A stretch of DNA of 32,000 bases. Origin: an archaeon (GTDB lineage Archaea; Iainarchaeota; Iainarchaeia; Iainarchaeales; CSSED10-239). Position 1 is the stretch's first letter; each line of letters begins with the position of its first letter. Position numbers and translations under genes: made by a program. The notes under the pieces were generated by a model. That model saw only the letters and a program-made list of their open reading frames with translations, searched no databases and was not told where the DNA came from. This document shows positions 17,683-25,077 of the stretch, piece by piece. The DNA is taken from assembly GCA_041657425.1 (NCBI GenBank), contig JBBABY010000001.1:60001-92000 (forward strand), given 5' to 3'.

Positions 17683-18941
17683 AGCTTCCATTTCCAAACA
17701 GGAACTATTTGAATTACTAAATCCTTTTCTTTAATTGTGTCTTCTTGATTTAAAGTTAATATCGTTCCTTTATTTAGTTTAAATTTAGACATTGCTAACT
17801 TTAGCCCATTTATCTCTCTAACTTTATTATCTGCACTTAAATCTAAACAAACTTGAAAGGCATATGTTATCTTCTCTTTTTCTTTTATAATAAAATCACA
17901 TTCTAAATTCTGATCTTTATAGTAATATATACTTTCAAAATGGTTTCTTAAATTTATGAAAACTAAATTTTCAAGCATTCTCCCTTCATCTTTTGAAAAA
18001 GATAAAGAATTTGCTTTTGCAAAACCATTATCTATTGCATATATCTTCTTCTGACTTATCAATTGCTTCTTTATAGAATAATCAAATCTATTTATACTAA
18101 ATAACAAGTAACTATCTTCGAAATAAGAAATATACGAAATTATAGTATTAATAGAACCTACTTCAAATAATTTCTTTAAATTGTTGTAAGAATATTCTTT
18201 TCCTATGTTTGAAAGTAAATATACTGCTAAATCCTTTATAGTCTTTGACTCCTTTAAATGATGTCTAACAATTATATCTCTATAAATTATATTGTTTAAT
18301 AATTCTTGTAATATTTCTTCATTTTTATATTTTAAAAATTCAGGAAAACCACCCGCAACTAAATATTCTTTAAAGGAAACCTCACCTGACTTTTGACTTG
18401 TAAATTTCAAAAACTCATTATACGAAAATGGAAACATTTCTTTTCTTAAATGTCTTCCAGTTAATCTTGTACCTAATTCTTTACTTAATAAAGATGCATT
18501 TGAACCAGTAATTATTACCTTCTTTTTATTATCTAATAATTGCCTTACAAATATCTCCCATTTTTTTACATTTTGTATTTCATCAAAAAAGAAAATATCT
18601 ATGTTGCCATATACTTCTATTAATGCCTCTTGTAATTTTGTAAAGTCAGCCACTGAAAAAGCATTTAATCTCGTATCCTCAAAATTAAAATAAGCCCAAG
18701 ATTTCTGATTGCTTCTTATTTGTTGCAAGAACACACTTTTACCACATCTTCTTATTCCAGATATCACGTAAGCAAAAGAATCGGTAAGTTCCACTTCTTT
18801 TAACTCACTACGAGGTATTCCTAAATCTATATTTTTTAGCGCGTTCTTTTGATCTAAGACAATATCTATTATTTCTTTCTTTAACATCATATATATCTTT
18901 GGATAAACTAGTATATAAAGGTTTTCATTACTAATGAACAA
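17679..18941 (-). CDS. AAA+ ATPase of the COG1373 type (AAA_14 + DUF4143 architecture)
   Basis: Walker A is GIRRCGKS and Walker B is IFFFDEIQ, with a C-terminal DUF4143-like region. The likely real start is MMLKKEI at 18890, about 25 nt downstream of a TATA-like element (ctttatatac on the minus strand, 18911-18920). That would make the transcript leaderless. Confidence 0.7.
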   Translation of the reverse strand: MFISNENLYILVYPKIYMMLKKEIIDIVLDQKNALKNIDLGIPRSELKEVELTDSFAYVISGIRRCGKSVFLQQIRSNQKSWAYFNFEDTRLNAFSVADFTKLQEALIEVYGNIDIFFFDEIQNVKKWEIFVRQLLDNKKKVIITGSNASLLSKELGTRLTGRHLRKEMFPFSYNEFLKFTSQKSGEVSFKEYLVAGGFPEFLKYKNEEILQELLNNIIYRDIIVRHHLKESKTIKDLAVYLLSNIGKEYSYNNLKKLFEVGSINTIISYISYFEDSYLLFSINRFDYSIKKQLISQKKIYAIDNGFAKANSLSFSKDEGRMLENLVFINLRNHFESIYYYKDQNLECDFIIKEKEKITYAFQVCLDLSADNKVREINGLKLAMSKFKLNKGTILTLNQEDTIKEKDLVIQIVPVWKWKL

Positions 18942-18953
18942 TATTGTTCATTA
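18932..18953. promoter_or_regulatory. perfect 22-nt palindrome between divergent promoters
   Basis: taatgaacaatattgttcatta equals its own reverse complement. It lies just upstream of the TATA-like element of the COG1373 ATPase gene and about 60 nt upstream of the 19013 ORF. Confidence 0.4.
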
Positions 18954-19012
18954 CCAGCGAACACTTGTAAAAATATAACTATAAAAATTAATTGCTTTAG
19001 ATATCTATTTAC

Positions 19013-19432
19013 ATGAACACAAAAGAAAAGATTATCTTTATTGTAAGTTTTGTCGTGGCTTATGCCTTGTTACTACTTCTTGGTGTTTATGTGTTTGGTA
19101 ACTTTCTTGTTTCCGGAGAAGAAAAAATAGTACACTTGATACTACAGAACTCCGTTAACTACCAAGCATTTGACTTTGTAGTCTATTGCTCAGGAATTGT
19201 TTCAATCTCTGCTTATCTAGGAGTTGTTATTGGATTTTGGGTTGTAACGGTTAAACCCAAGTTAAAACTAGTACTTGCTAGCGTTATTGTTCTGTTACTT
19301 GTCAACCTATTAAGGATAATTGCAGTAATGCTATCAGAAAAGATAGGGATTGAAGAACCACTTCATGTGTTCTCTTGGTTCTTGATGGGCGCAGTTATTG
19401 TTTGGCTAATTAAAATTAGTTATAAGAAATAA
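19013..19432 (+). CDS. minimal exosortase/archaeosortase-family membrane protein (putative transpeptidase)
   Basis: 139 aa, about 4 TM. Cys59 lies in VVYCSGIVS, Arg101 in VNLLRII and His118 in PLHVFSW. This gives the family's Cys/Arg/His order, with Cys-Arg spacing of about 42 residues. Confidence 0.55.
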   Translation: MNTKEKIIFIVSFVVAYALLLLLGVYVFGNFLVSGEEKIVHLILQNSVNYQAFDFVVYCSGIVSISAYLGVVIGFWVVTVKPKLKLVLASVIVLLLVNLLRIIAVMLSEKIGIEEPLHVFSWFLMGAVIVWLIKISYKK

Positions 19433-19448
19433 GAAAAATTTATTTCTT
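19424..19448. terminator. 9-bp inverted repeat joining two convergent stop codons (possible bidirectional terminator hairpin)
   Basis: aagaaataa (19424-19432, includes the stop of the 19013 ORF), a 7-nt loop, then ttatttctt (19440-19448, includes the stop of the minus-strand 242-aa ORF). T-rich runs follow on both strands. Confidence 0.3.
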
Positions 19449-20168
19449 CTTGATTTCAGACATTAGTCTATTAATCTGAATTTTAGATAACCCTATTTGT
19501 TGAAATCCTTTTAAACCATATTTTTCATAAAACGTCTGTGGGCCCCCACATTTATTAATAGTATAATCCATACCAAAATTCTCAGACACCTCTATCATTC
19601 CAACATCTCTAATTAAATTATGTATTCCATCAAAAGAAGCAATCACTTCTTCTCTTGTAATTTTCTTATGGCTTGCATAATATTCATGTCCTAATACAGC
19701 AGCTAGTGGGCAACCGTCTTCTGAAATAAAATCTTTCACTTCTTTTCTGTCCTTTAAAATCCATTCTCCGTGATAATAGGGTTCTACATCATCTTTTTCG
19801 ATACCAAGTCTACGGTCATTAAAATTATCAATACCAAATATCCTTTCTAATTCTTTTGTATCTAGCCCTTTTGACAATAATTCCTTTTTAGTTAACCCTT
19901 GCTCTTGTAATTCCCTTACAACTTGTTTAATTCTTTCTTTAAGTATTGGTATGGCTTTAGGATCATCTAATCTTGCTGATAATCTATCTATACCATATTT
20001 TATTTTCAAATGTATAATTGTTCTCATCACATCGGCTTTATCTAAAGATTGAATATTTTTTTTCATTTCTCTTTTAGTCTTTTGAGTTTCTGTGCCTTTG
20101 GCTTTCTTTTGAAAAATAGAGTTTCTTAATCTACCTTTTGGAGTAGTTATCATTGGCACAAAAATCAC
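19440..20168 (-). CDS. hypothetical protein, paralog of the repeat protein's N-terminal module with an unrelated Cys/His-containing C-terminal domain
   Basis: 242 aa. VPMITTPKGRLRNSIFQKKAKGTETQKT aligns with IPVVKPKINRTINPLFQKKAQGTETQKT of the 15010 ORF, which supports the GTG start at 20168 (alternative ATG at 20153). I do not recognise the C-terminal half. Confidence 0.6.
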   Translation of the reverse strand: MIFVPMITTPKGRLRNSIFQKKAKGTETQKTKREMKKNIQSLDKADVMRTIIHLKIKYGIDRLSARLDDPKAIPILKERIKQVVRELQEQGLTKKELLSKGLDTKELERIFGIDNFNDRRLGIEKDDVEPYYHGEWILKDRKEVKDFISEDGCPLAAVLGHEYYASHKKITREEVIASFDGIHNLIRDVGMIEVSENFGMDYTINKCGGPQTFYEKYGLKGFQQIGLSKIQINRLMSEIKKK

Positions 20169-20180
20169 TCTTCTTAAAAT

Positions 20181-20258
20181 TTATTTCTTCTTATCTTTCT
20201 TCTGCTTTACTTTATGCTGCTTTCCTGAGGCACTTACCCCTCTTCCTTGTGCTGACAT
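20181..20258 (-). CDS. micro-ORF 2, 25-aa lysine-rich peptide MSAQGRGVSASGKQHKVKQKKDKKK
   Basis: Hand-translated and too short for the ORF track. ATG at 20258 is preceded by AAGGAGG about 8 nt upstream. It shares SGKQH.(K/V)KQ.K..KK with micro-ORF 1. Confidence 0.5.
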   Translation of the reverse strand: MSAQGRGVSASGKQHKVKQKKDKKK

Positions 20259-20273
20259 ATTACTTTCCTCCTT

Positions 20274-20366
20274 TTATTTTTTCTTACTTTGCTTCTTTTG
20301 ATGTTGCTTTCCTGAAACGTTTAGAGTCTTATCTCCTCTACTTTGTAAATTAGATTGCTTTGCCAT
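20274..20366 (-). CDS. micro-ORF 1, 30-aa lysine-rich peptide MAKQSNLQSRGDKTLNVSGKQHQKKQSKKK
   Basis: Hand-translated. ATG at 20366 is preceded by AAGGAG about 9 nt upstream, with TATA-like elements (tatttataaa, tatttatag) further upstream in 20390-20440. It is a paralog of micro-ORF 2. Confidence 0.5.
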   Translation of the reverse strand: MAKQSNLQSRGDKTLNVSGKQHQKKQSKKK

Positions 20367-20450
20367 AATTTATTTCTCCTTTTAATTATTCTATAAATAT
20401 AACTAAGAAGATAGAATTTATAAATACTTTAGAAACAGAGAATTATTGCT

Positions 20451-20885
20451 TTATTTTTCAAAAGCAACTATTCCTAAGATTATCATGTCTGCAATAAAGA
20501 CTGCTGGGATTAATGGAGGAACTACATAAAATGCTTTGACAATACTTAGTGCGCCACTATATCCTCTTCTCTTATATATTTCCCAAGTCCAAATGATTGC
20601 AAAAACTAGATTTGCTATTGGTATTAATAGTAAAAAACCATAACCCCATTTCCACTTGGCAAGGATTGGAAGTAAGAAAAGATTAGCAACTGGAATCCAT
20701 GCAAGCCATGCTTTCTTGTACTTTAATTTCTTTGCAATAACATACATTGCCCAAGAAGTGTAAATGTAAATTGCAATTATAAATAATAATGCAATTATAA
20801 AAACTACAACTGCCGCAATTATTAAACCTACAATTAACCCAGCAGTCGCACCAGGAATTATCTGTCTAAATATTTCCTCGTACAT
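20451..20885 (-). CDS. small multi-pass membrane protein (possibly DUF5684-like)
   Basis: 144 aa and highly hydrophobic. It has a duplicated W(I/L)P(V/I)ANL motif (WIPVANLFLL, LIPIANLVFA). It starts 3 nt after the secD stop. Confidence 0.45.
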   Translation of the reverse strand: MYEEIFRQIIPGATAGLIVGLIIAAVVVFIIALLFIIAIYIYTSWAMYVIAKKLKYKKAWLAWIPVANLFLLPILAKWKWGYGFLLLIPIANLVFAIIWTWEIYKRRGYSGALSIVKAFYVVPPLIPAVFIADMIILGIVAFEK

Positions 20886-20888
20886 ACT

Positions 20889-22535
20889 TTATTCCTTCTT
20901 TTGTTTTTTCAATTCATGATGTGTGACCACAACTTTTGCAATTTCTGCATATGCTGGTCTTGTTATAAATGCACCAAGAACTGCACCAAACATTACTGTG
21001 ATTGCAAATCCTACCAATTTACTTAAACCAACATTAAAGAAAATAATTGGAAGCATTGTAGCAAACACTGTTGCAACTGCTGCAAAAATAATAAAGAACG
21101 CTCTCTTTATCTTTGAAGTTGTACTTAAATTACTTGCTTCTTCATCTTTACCAGTGCCTTGTAATAATTCATCAGTAATTATTATTTCGTGGTCTACACC
21201 TGTTCCAATTGCTGCAAGAATTCCTGCAATTGCTGCAAGATCAACTCTAAATTGTATTAATGCTAAAAATCCTAAAGTAATTAAGATTTCAGAAGTATCT
21301 GATAACAGCATAGGAAATATTAAATTAAATATTTTGTATCTAATAAACAATACTAAAGCAACTGTCAAAAGAGCAAACAACCCAATCCATAAAGAATTAT
21401 TCAAGAATTCTTTTCCTAAGAATGGAGAAATAGATTCTGTACTTATACTTTCAATTGGTATTGGTAAAGAACCAGACTCTAAAATTATCATTAACTCATC
21501 AAGTCTTACTTTTGCATCTTCTTTTGTTTGGGTGCTTCCTGTGATTGTTAGATTATTAAATGTTTCAAACTTTGGAGAAGTCACTGTTGGCGAAGACATG
21601 TTTGTTACACCTTCAGTTAAAGAAATAACTGTCTTTAAACCTATTGCCTCCCATATCCATGGTTGAGTCGTTGGCTTTGTAATAATTACTACTTTGTAAC
21701 CCATTGACTTAAGTTCATCTTTAACACTCTCAGAAACACTTGCAGAAACTACTGCTTTTGGGTGTGTTGCTAAATTTTCTGTAATCTTTAATCTCTGTTC
21801 ATCACTTAAATTACTATCGACAACATAATAATTTGTATTTAATTGTCCAACAAGCTCGTCAAAGCCAAGCATGTCGCTACCTGCTACTTCTGGAGAAGCA
21901 GGAACTTGCTTTTCGTCAAGATATGTTTCTTGATCAACAATTATTATAGCATCTGTTGGTCTATCAATAAAGAAATAAGTTTTCTCGCAATCATAAGTCA
22001 CTTGTTTATTATCAAAACCTGTAGCTATACATTTGTGGAAAGTCATTTCTGCAAATCTTTTAGAAGCTTCTGGAGATAACATAAATGGTAAAACCCATTG
22101 ACTTGCTCCAGATTTATCAACTGTCTGTATTCCATAACCTTTTGCTGGATCTTTATAAACTGTCTTTATATCTTCTCCAACAAACAACACATTACCATCA
22201 AGAATTGCTTCAAACTTTCCTTGTTTTAGAAGTTGATTTTTCAATCTTGTAACTTCGTCTGGATTAGACTCTGCTAATTGTGCTGTAATATACTGGTTAC
22301 CTGAAGACGTTACTTTTGCGTCCTTTAAACCTGCCCAATCAAGTCTTCTTGAAATTACTGCAACAACTCTTGACATTTCAGATTGCTCAATCGGCTTTTC
22401 AAGAACTATTTGAAAAGCAGTACCCCCTGAAAAATCAACACCATATTGCAGGCCTTTTGTTGTTAATAATACTATTGAAAGTATTATTAGTAAAATCCAA
22501 ACTATAATTATTGGTTTTTTTAATAAAGTCTTCAT
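20889..22535 (-). CDS. secD: protein-export membrane protein SecD
   Basis: 548 aa. N-terminal TM, large extracytoplasmic domain and a C-terminal 5-6 TM bundle with GTGVDHEIIITDE (the SecD-type G.G.D..I block). Confidence 0.85.
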   Translation of the reverse strand: MKTLLKKPIIIVWILLIILSIVLLTTKGLQYGVDFSGGTAFQIVLEKPIEQSEMSRVVAVISRRLDWAGLKDAKVTSSGNQYITAQLAESNPDEVTRLKNQLLKQGKFEAILDGNVLFVGEDIKTVYKDPAKGYGIQTVDKSGASQWVLPFMLSPEASKRFAEMTFHKCIATGFDNKQVTYDCEKTYFFIDRPTDAIIIVDQETYLDEKQVPASPEVAGSDMLGFDELVGQLNTNYYVVDSNLSDEQRLKITENLATHPKAVVSASVSESVKDELKSMGYKVVIITKPTTQPWIWEAIGLKTVISLTEGVTNMSSPTVTSPKFETFNNLTITGSTQTKEDAKVRLDELMIILESGSLPIPIESISTESISPFLGKEFLNNSLWIGLFALLTVALVLFIRYKIFNLIFPMLLSDTSEILITLGFLALIQFRVDLAAIAGILAAIGTGVDHEIIITDELLQGTGKDEEASNLSTTSKIKRAFFIIFAAVATVFATMLPIIFFNVGLSKLVGFAITVMFGAVLGAFITRPAYAEIAKVVVTHHELKKQKKE

Positions 22536-22549
22536 GTAAAATCACTTTT

Positions 22550-23632
22550 TTAATTTTTTTGTTTGTCTCTATTTTTTATATACATTATTAATGCAGGAGC
22601 ATTAAAGAACCATGTTGAAATTAAATCTCCAACTAATCCAAATAATAATATTGCAGCAATTTCTAAGATTACAAGCATTTGTGTAAAATAAGAAATAATT
22701 AACATCACTGTTACTGCAACAATTGTAGTTATTGTCATTGTCAGCCCTGTTTTCATGGACCCATTTGCAGCATCACAAAGACTTGTGGTTCTTTGCTTTA
22801 ATAGTTTTGTACTTAATAAAATATCTGTATCCACAGAATACCCTACAAGCATTAACAATGTTGGAATTGTTGCTAGACTTAATGGTAGACCCATAATTGC
22901 CATACCTGCAAGACCTGCTAAAATATCAAACATTGCAGCAAATACTATTAGTCCTGATGGTACTGCTTCTCTAAAAAATAAAAAAATCACAAGAATAAGA
23001 AGCGCAAACGCAATTATTCCTACTGTTATTGAAGATCTTATAAAGTCTTTTCCAAGAGTTGCTGACACTTCTCTTGTTTGTATCTTTGCATCATCTCCAA
23101 GACCTAATTCAGACTTAACTAAATTAATTAATGAATTATTAAAATTATTATTTGCTAAGATTATTGTTTCGTTTAAATAAACTTTTAAATCATCTTTACT
23201 TGTTATTGTTTCTATGTCACTTATATCTTTTGAAGAAACATAATTTTTTGCAAGTAATGGAGTTAAAACATCTTTTGCTTTTACTTTCAAATCCCCAAGA
23301 TTTGAATTAACGAAATCCATTTTATTTTTTGCAAGCTTTGCATCATCAATCTCTGGAGCCCCTGAATATTCAATAATTAAACCTGTGCTTGTTGGTCCAG
23401 TTGTTTCACTAATTGTTACTTCTTGAAGCGAATAGTTTTGCCTTATTTGACTTTCTAAAGTGGCGTGATCAATCTTTTCGCCTTCATATCTTAGAATCAA
23501 TTGATTTCCGCCTTTTAAGTCAATACCCTTGTGCACTTGCGGGTATATAAATATTAAAAATAAACATATAATTCCTACAATTAATGGTATAAACATTAAC
23601 TTTTTGTAATTTTTCTCTGTTATAATTTTCAT
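22550..23632 (-). CDS. secF: protein-export membrane protein SecF
   Basis: 360 aa. N-terminal TM, periplasmic-type loop and a C-terminal TM bundle with VGYSVDTDILL (the SecF GYS.D..I block). It lies upstream of secD in the same orientation. Confidence 0.85.
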   Translation of the reverse strand: MKIITEKNYKKLMFIPLIVGIICLFLIFIYPQVHKGIDLKGGNQLILRYEGEKIDHATLESQIRQNYSLQEVTISETTGPTSTGLIIEYSGAPEIDDAKLAKNKMDFVNSNLGDLKVKAKDVLTPLLAKNYVSSKDISDIETITSKDDLKVYLNETIILANNNFNNSLINLVKSELGLGDDAKIQTREVSATLGKDFIRSSITVGIIAFALLILVIFLFFREAVPSGLIVFAAMFDILAGLAGMAIMGLPLSLATIPTLLMLVGYSVDTDILLSTKLLKQRTTSLCDAANGSMKTGLTMTITTIVAVTVMLIISYFTQMLVILEIAAILLFGLVGDLISTWFFNAPALIMYIKNRDKQKN

Positions 23633-23735
23633 AGTCGATTCCTCTTTTAAAAAACAGTCATATATAAAATATTATATATAATATATTATATACCAATTCA
23701 TTTAAATACTTTTTAGTTACAATAAAAATTAGTGA

Positions 23736-24665
23736 ATGCCTATGAATTTTCCAAAAATCTTCAAATCAAAAGACATACTTGATATAGCTATTACTAAAGT
23801 AAGAAGAGTTAAAGATTACACAAGAAATGACCTTGCTCACAAGTATATTTCTGCGTACCAAATAGAAGTTATTGATAAACTTAAGTATATGGCAGATAAA
23901 CTGCCTGATTATGAGATTAGTAACGATTATTACCAGATGATGTTTAAGAATGTCACAACTAAAAGCGTTATTGAAAAATATAAAAACCACATTCTTAAGA
24001 CAATGACTGTTATTAACAAACTTTCTGAGCAATATAAACGACAATTAATGAGACTACAAGAAAATAGAAAGAAGAAATACGATAAAGAAATATTTGTTAG
24101 AATCAAGAAAGAATATGTGGGAAGACTGGCATCTGTTCTTAAAAGCCTTGATGGAACATTTGACAAATTAATTGATCTGGAAAAAGACTTTAAGAGAATT
24201 GCAAAACCAGACTTTAATCTTAGAACTATTGTGTTAATTGGGCTTCCTAACTCTGGAAAAACCACATTTATCACAAAGATTACAAGTGCAACTCCTGAAA
24301 TTAACAGCTATGCTTTCACGACTAAAGCATTAAATGTTGGTTATTTTATGAGAAGACAAGACACTTATCAAGTAATTGATACTCCTGGACTTATCCATGC
24401 AGACTTTAAGGAAATGAACCCGATTGAGAAGCAAGCAATTACTGCAATCAAAACCCTTGGAGACCTTGTTGTTTTTGTTTACAACCCTAACCTTGACTTT
24501 GATGAGCAGAAAGCAATGCTTAAAGTAATTAGAGAAAATAATCCTGATAAAAAGATTGTAGTATCAAGCGAATACGAGAAAGACCAGATAATGGAAGGAG
24601 AAATTAATGTTTCCATTAAAGAACTCGTAGAAAGCTACCCTATAATTAATAAAAATAAGAAATAA
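23736..24665 (+). CDS. Nog1-like GTP-binding protein (archaeal NOG1/Obg-HflX-like family)
   Basis: 309 aa. G1 is GLPNSGKTT, G3 is DTPGL, there is an N-terminal helical Nog1-type domain, and the G4 region is near the C-terminus. Confidence 0.75.
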   Translation: MPMNFPKIFKSKDILDIAITKVRRVKDYTRNDLAHKYISAYQIEVIDKLKYMADKLPDYEISNDYYQMMFKNVTTKSVIEKYKNHILKTMTVINKLSEQYKRQLMRLQENRKKKYDKEIFVRIKKEYVGRLASVLKSLDGTFDKLIDLEKDFKRIAKPDFNLRTIVLIGLPNSGKTTFITKITSATPEINSYAFTTKALNVGYFMRRQDTYQVIDTPGLIHADFKEMNPIEKQAITAIKTLGDLVVFVYNPNLDFDEQKAMLKVIRENNPDKKIVVSSEYEKDQIMEGEINVSIKELVESYPIINKNKK

Positions 24666-24792
24666 ACCAAAAGCTATTACAAATAATTTTATTTTTAAAA
24701 CCAAAAGTTATTAAAAAGAGTTTTAATCTTAAAATATATAGTAATTGTCTGTTTTTAACAATTATAATAACAAAACAGGAGAAGTGAAAAAC

Positions 24793-25071
24793 ATGCCAAA
24801 AAAGAAAATAGTAGACACTTCTAAAATGATTGCAGAAATTGTTGCAGAAATTGAATTTTTAACTGAGGATTCATCAATCCCTAAAAACCTTAAACTATTA
24901 CTTAATAGTATTGAAGGACGACTAACAAAGAAATGTGATGATTTAGAAATCTCAAGTATTCTCTATGCACTTGAAGATATTACTAATAATAATAATGTTC
25001 CACAATTCTGTAGAAGCGCAGTCTGGTCACTTAGTAGTAAATTAGAAAATCTAAAAGAAAGTATAAAATGA
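24793..25071 (+). CDS. UPF0147 family protein
   Basis: Small helical protein with SIPKNLK...LYALEDITNNNNVPQFCRSAVWSL, matching the UPF0147 pattern (..VPRNIR...LDEISNDPNMP...R..IW). I prefer ATG 24793 (preceded by ACAGGAG) over the ORF-track start at 24745. Confidence 0.65.
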   Translation: MPKKKIVDTSKMIAEIVAEIEFLTEDSSIPKNLKLLLNSIEGRLTKKCDDLEISSILYALEDITNNNNVPQFCRSAVWSLSSKLENLKESIK

Positions 25072-25077
25072 AAAATA

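Noticed and set aside
20153-20353. 66-aa plus-strand ORF in the ORF track
   Set aside because: It has no SD or promoter signal and a Leu/Phe/Ser-rich shadow composition. The opposite strand carries two SD-led paralogous micro-ORFs that explain the region better.
20923-21666. 247-aa plus-strand ORF
   Set aside because: It is entirely antisense to secD, whose TM and motif content is convincing. The translation is a hydrophobic, low-complexity shadow typical of AT-rich antisense frames.
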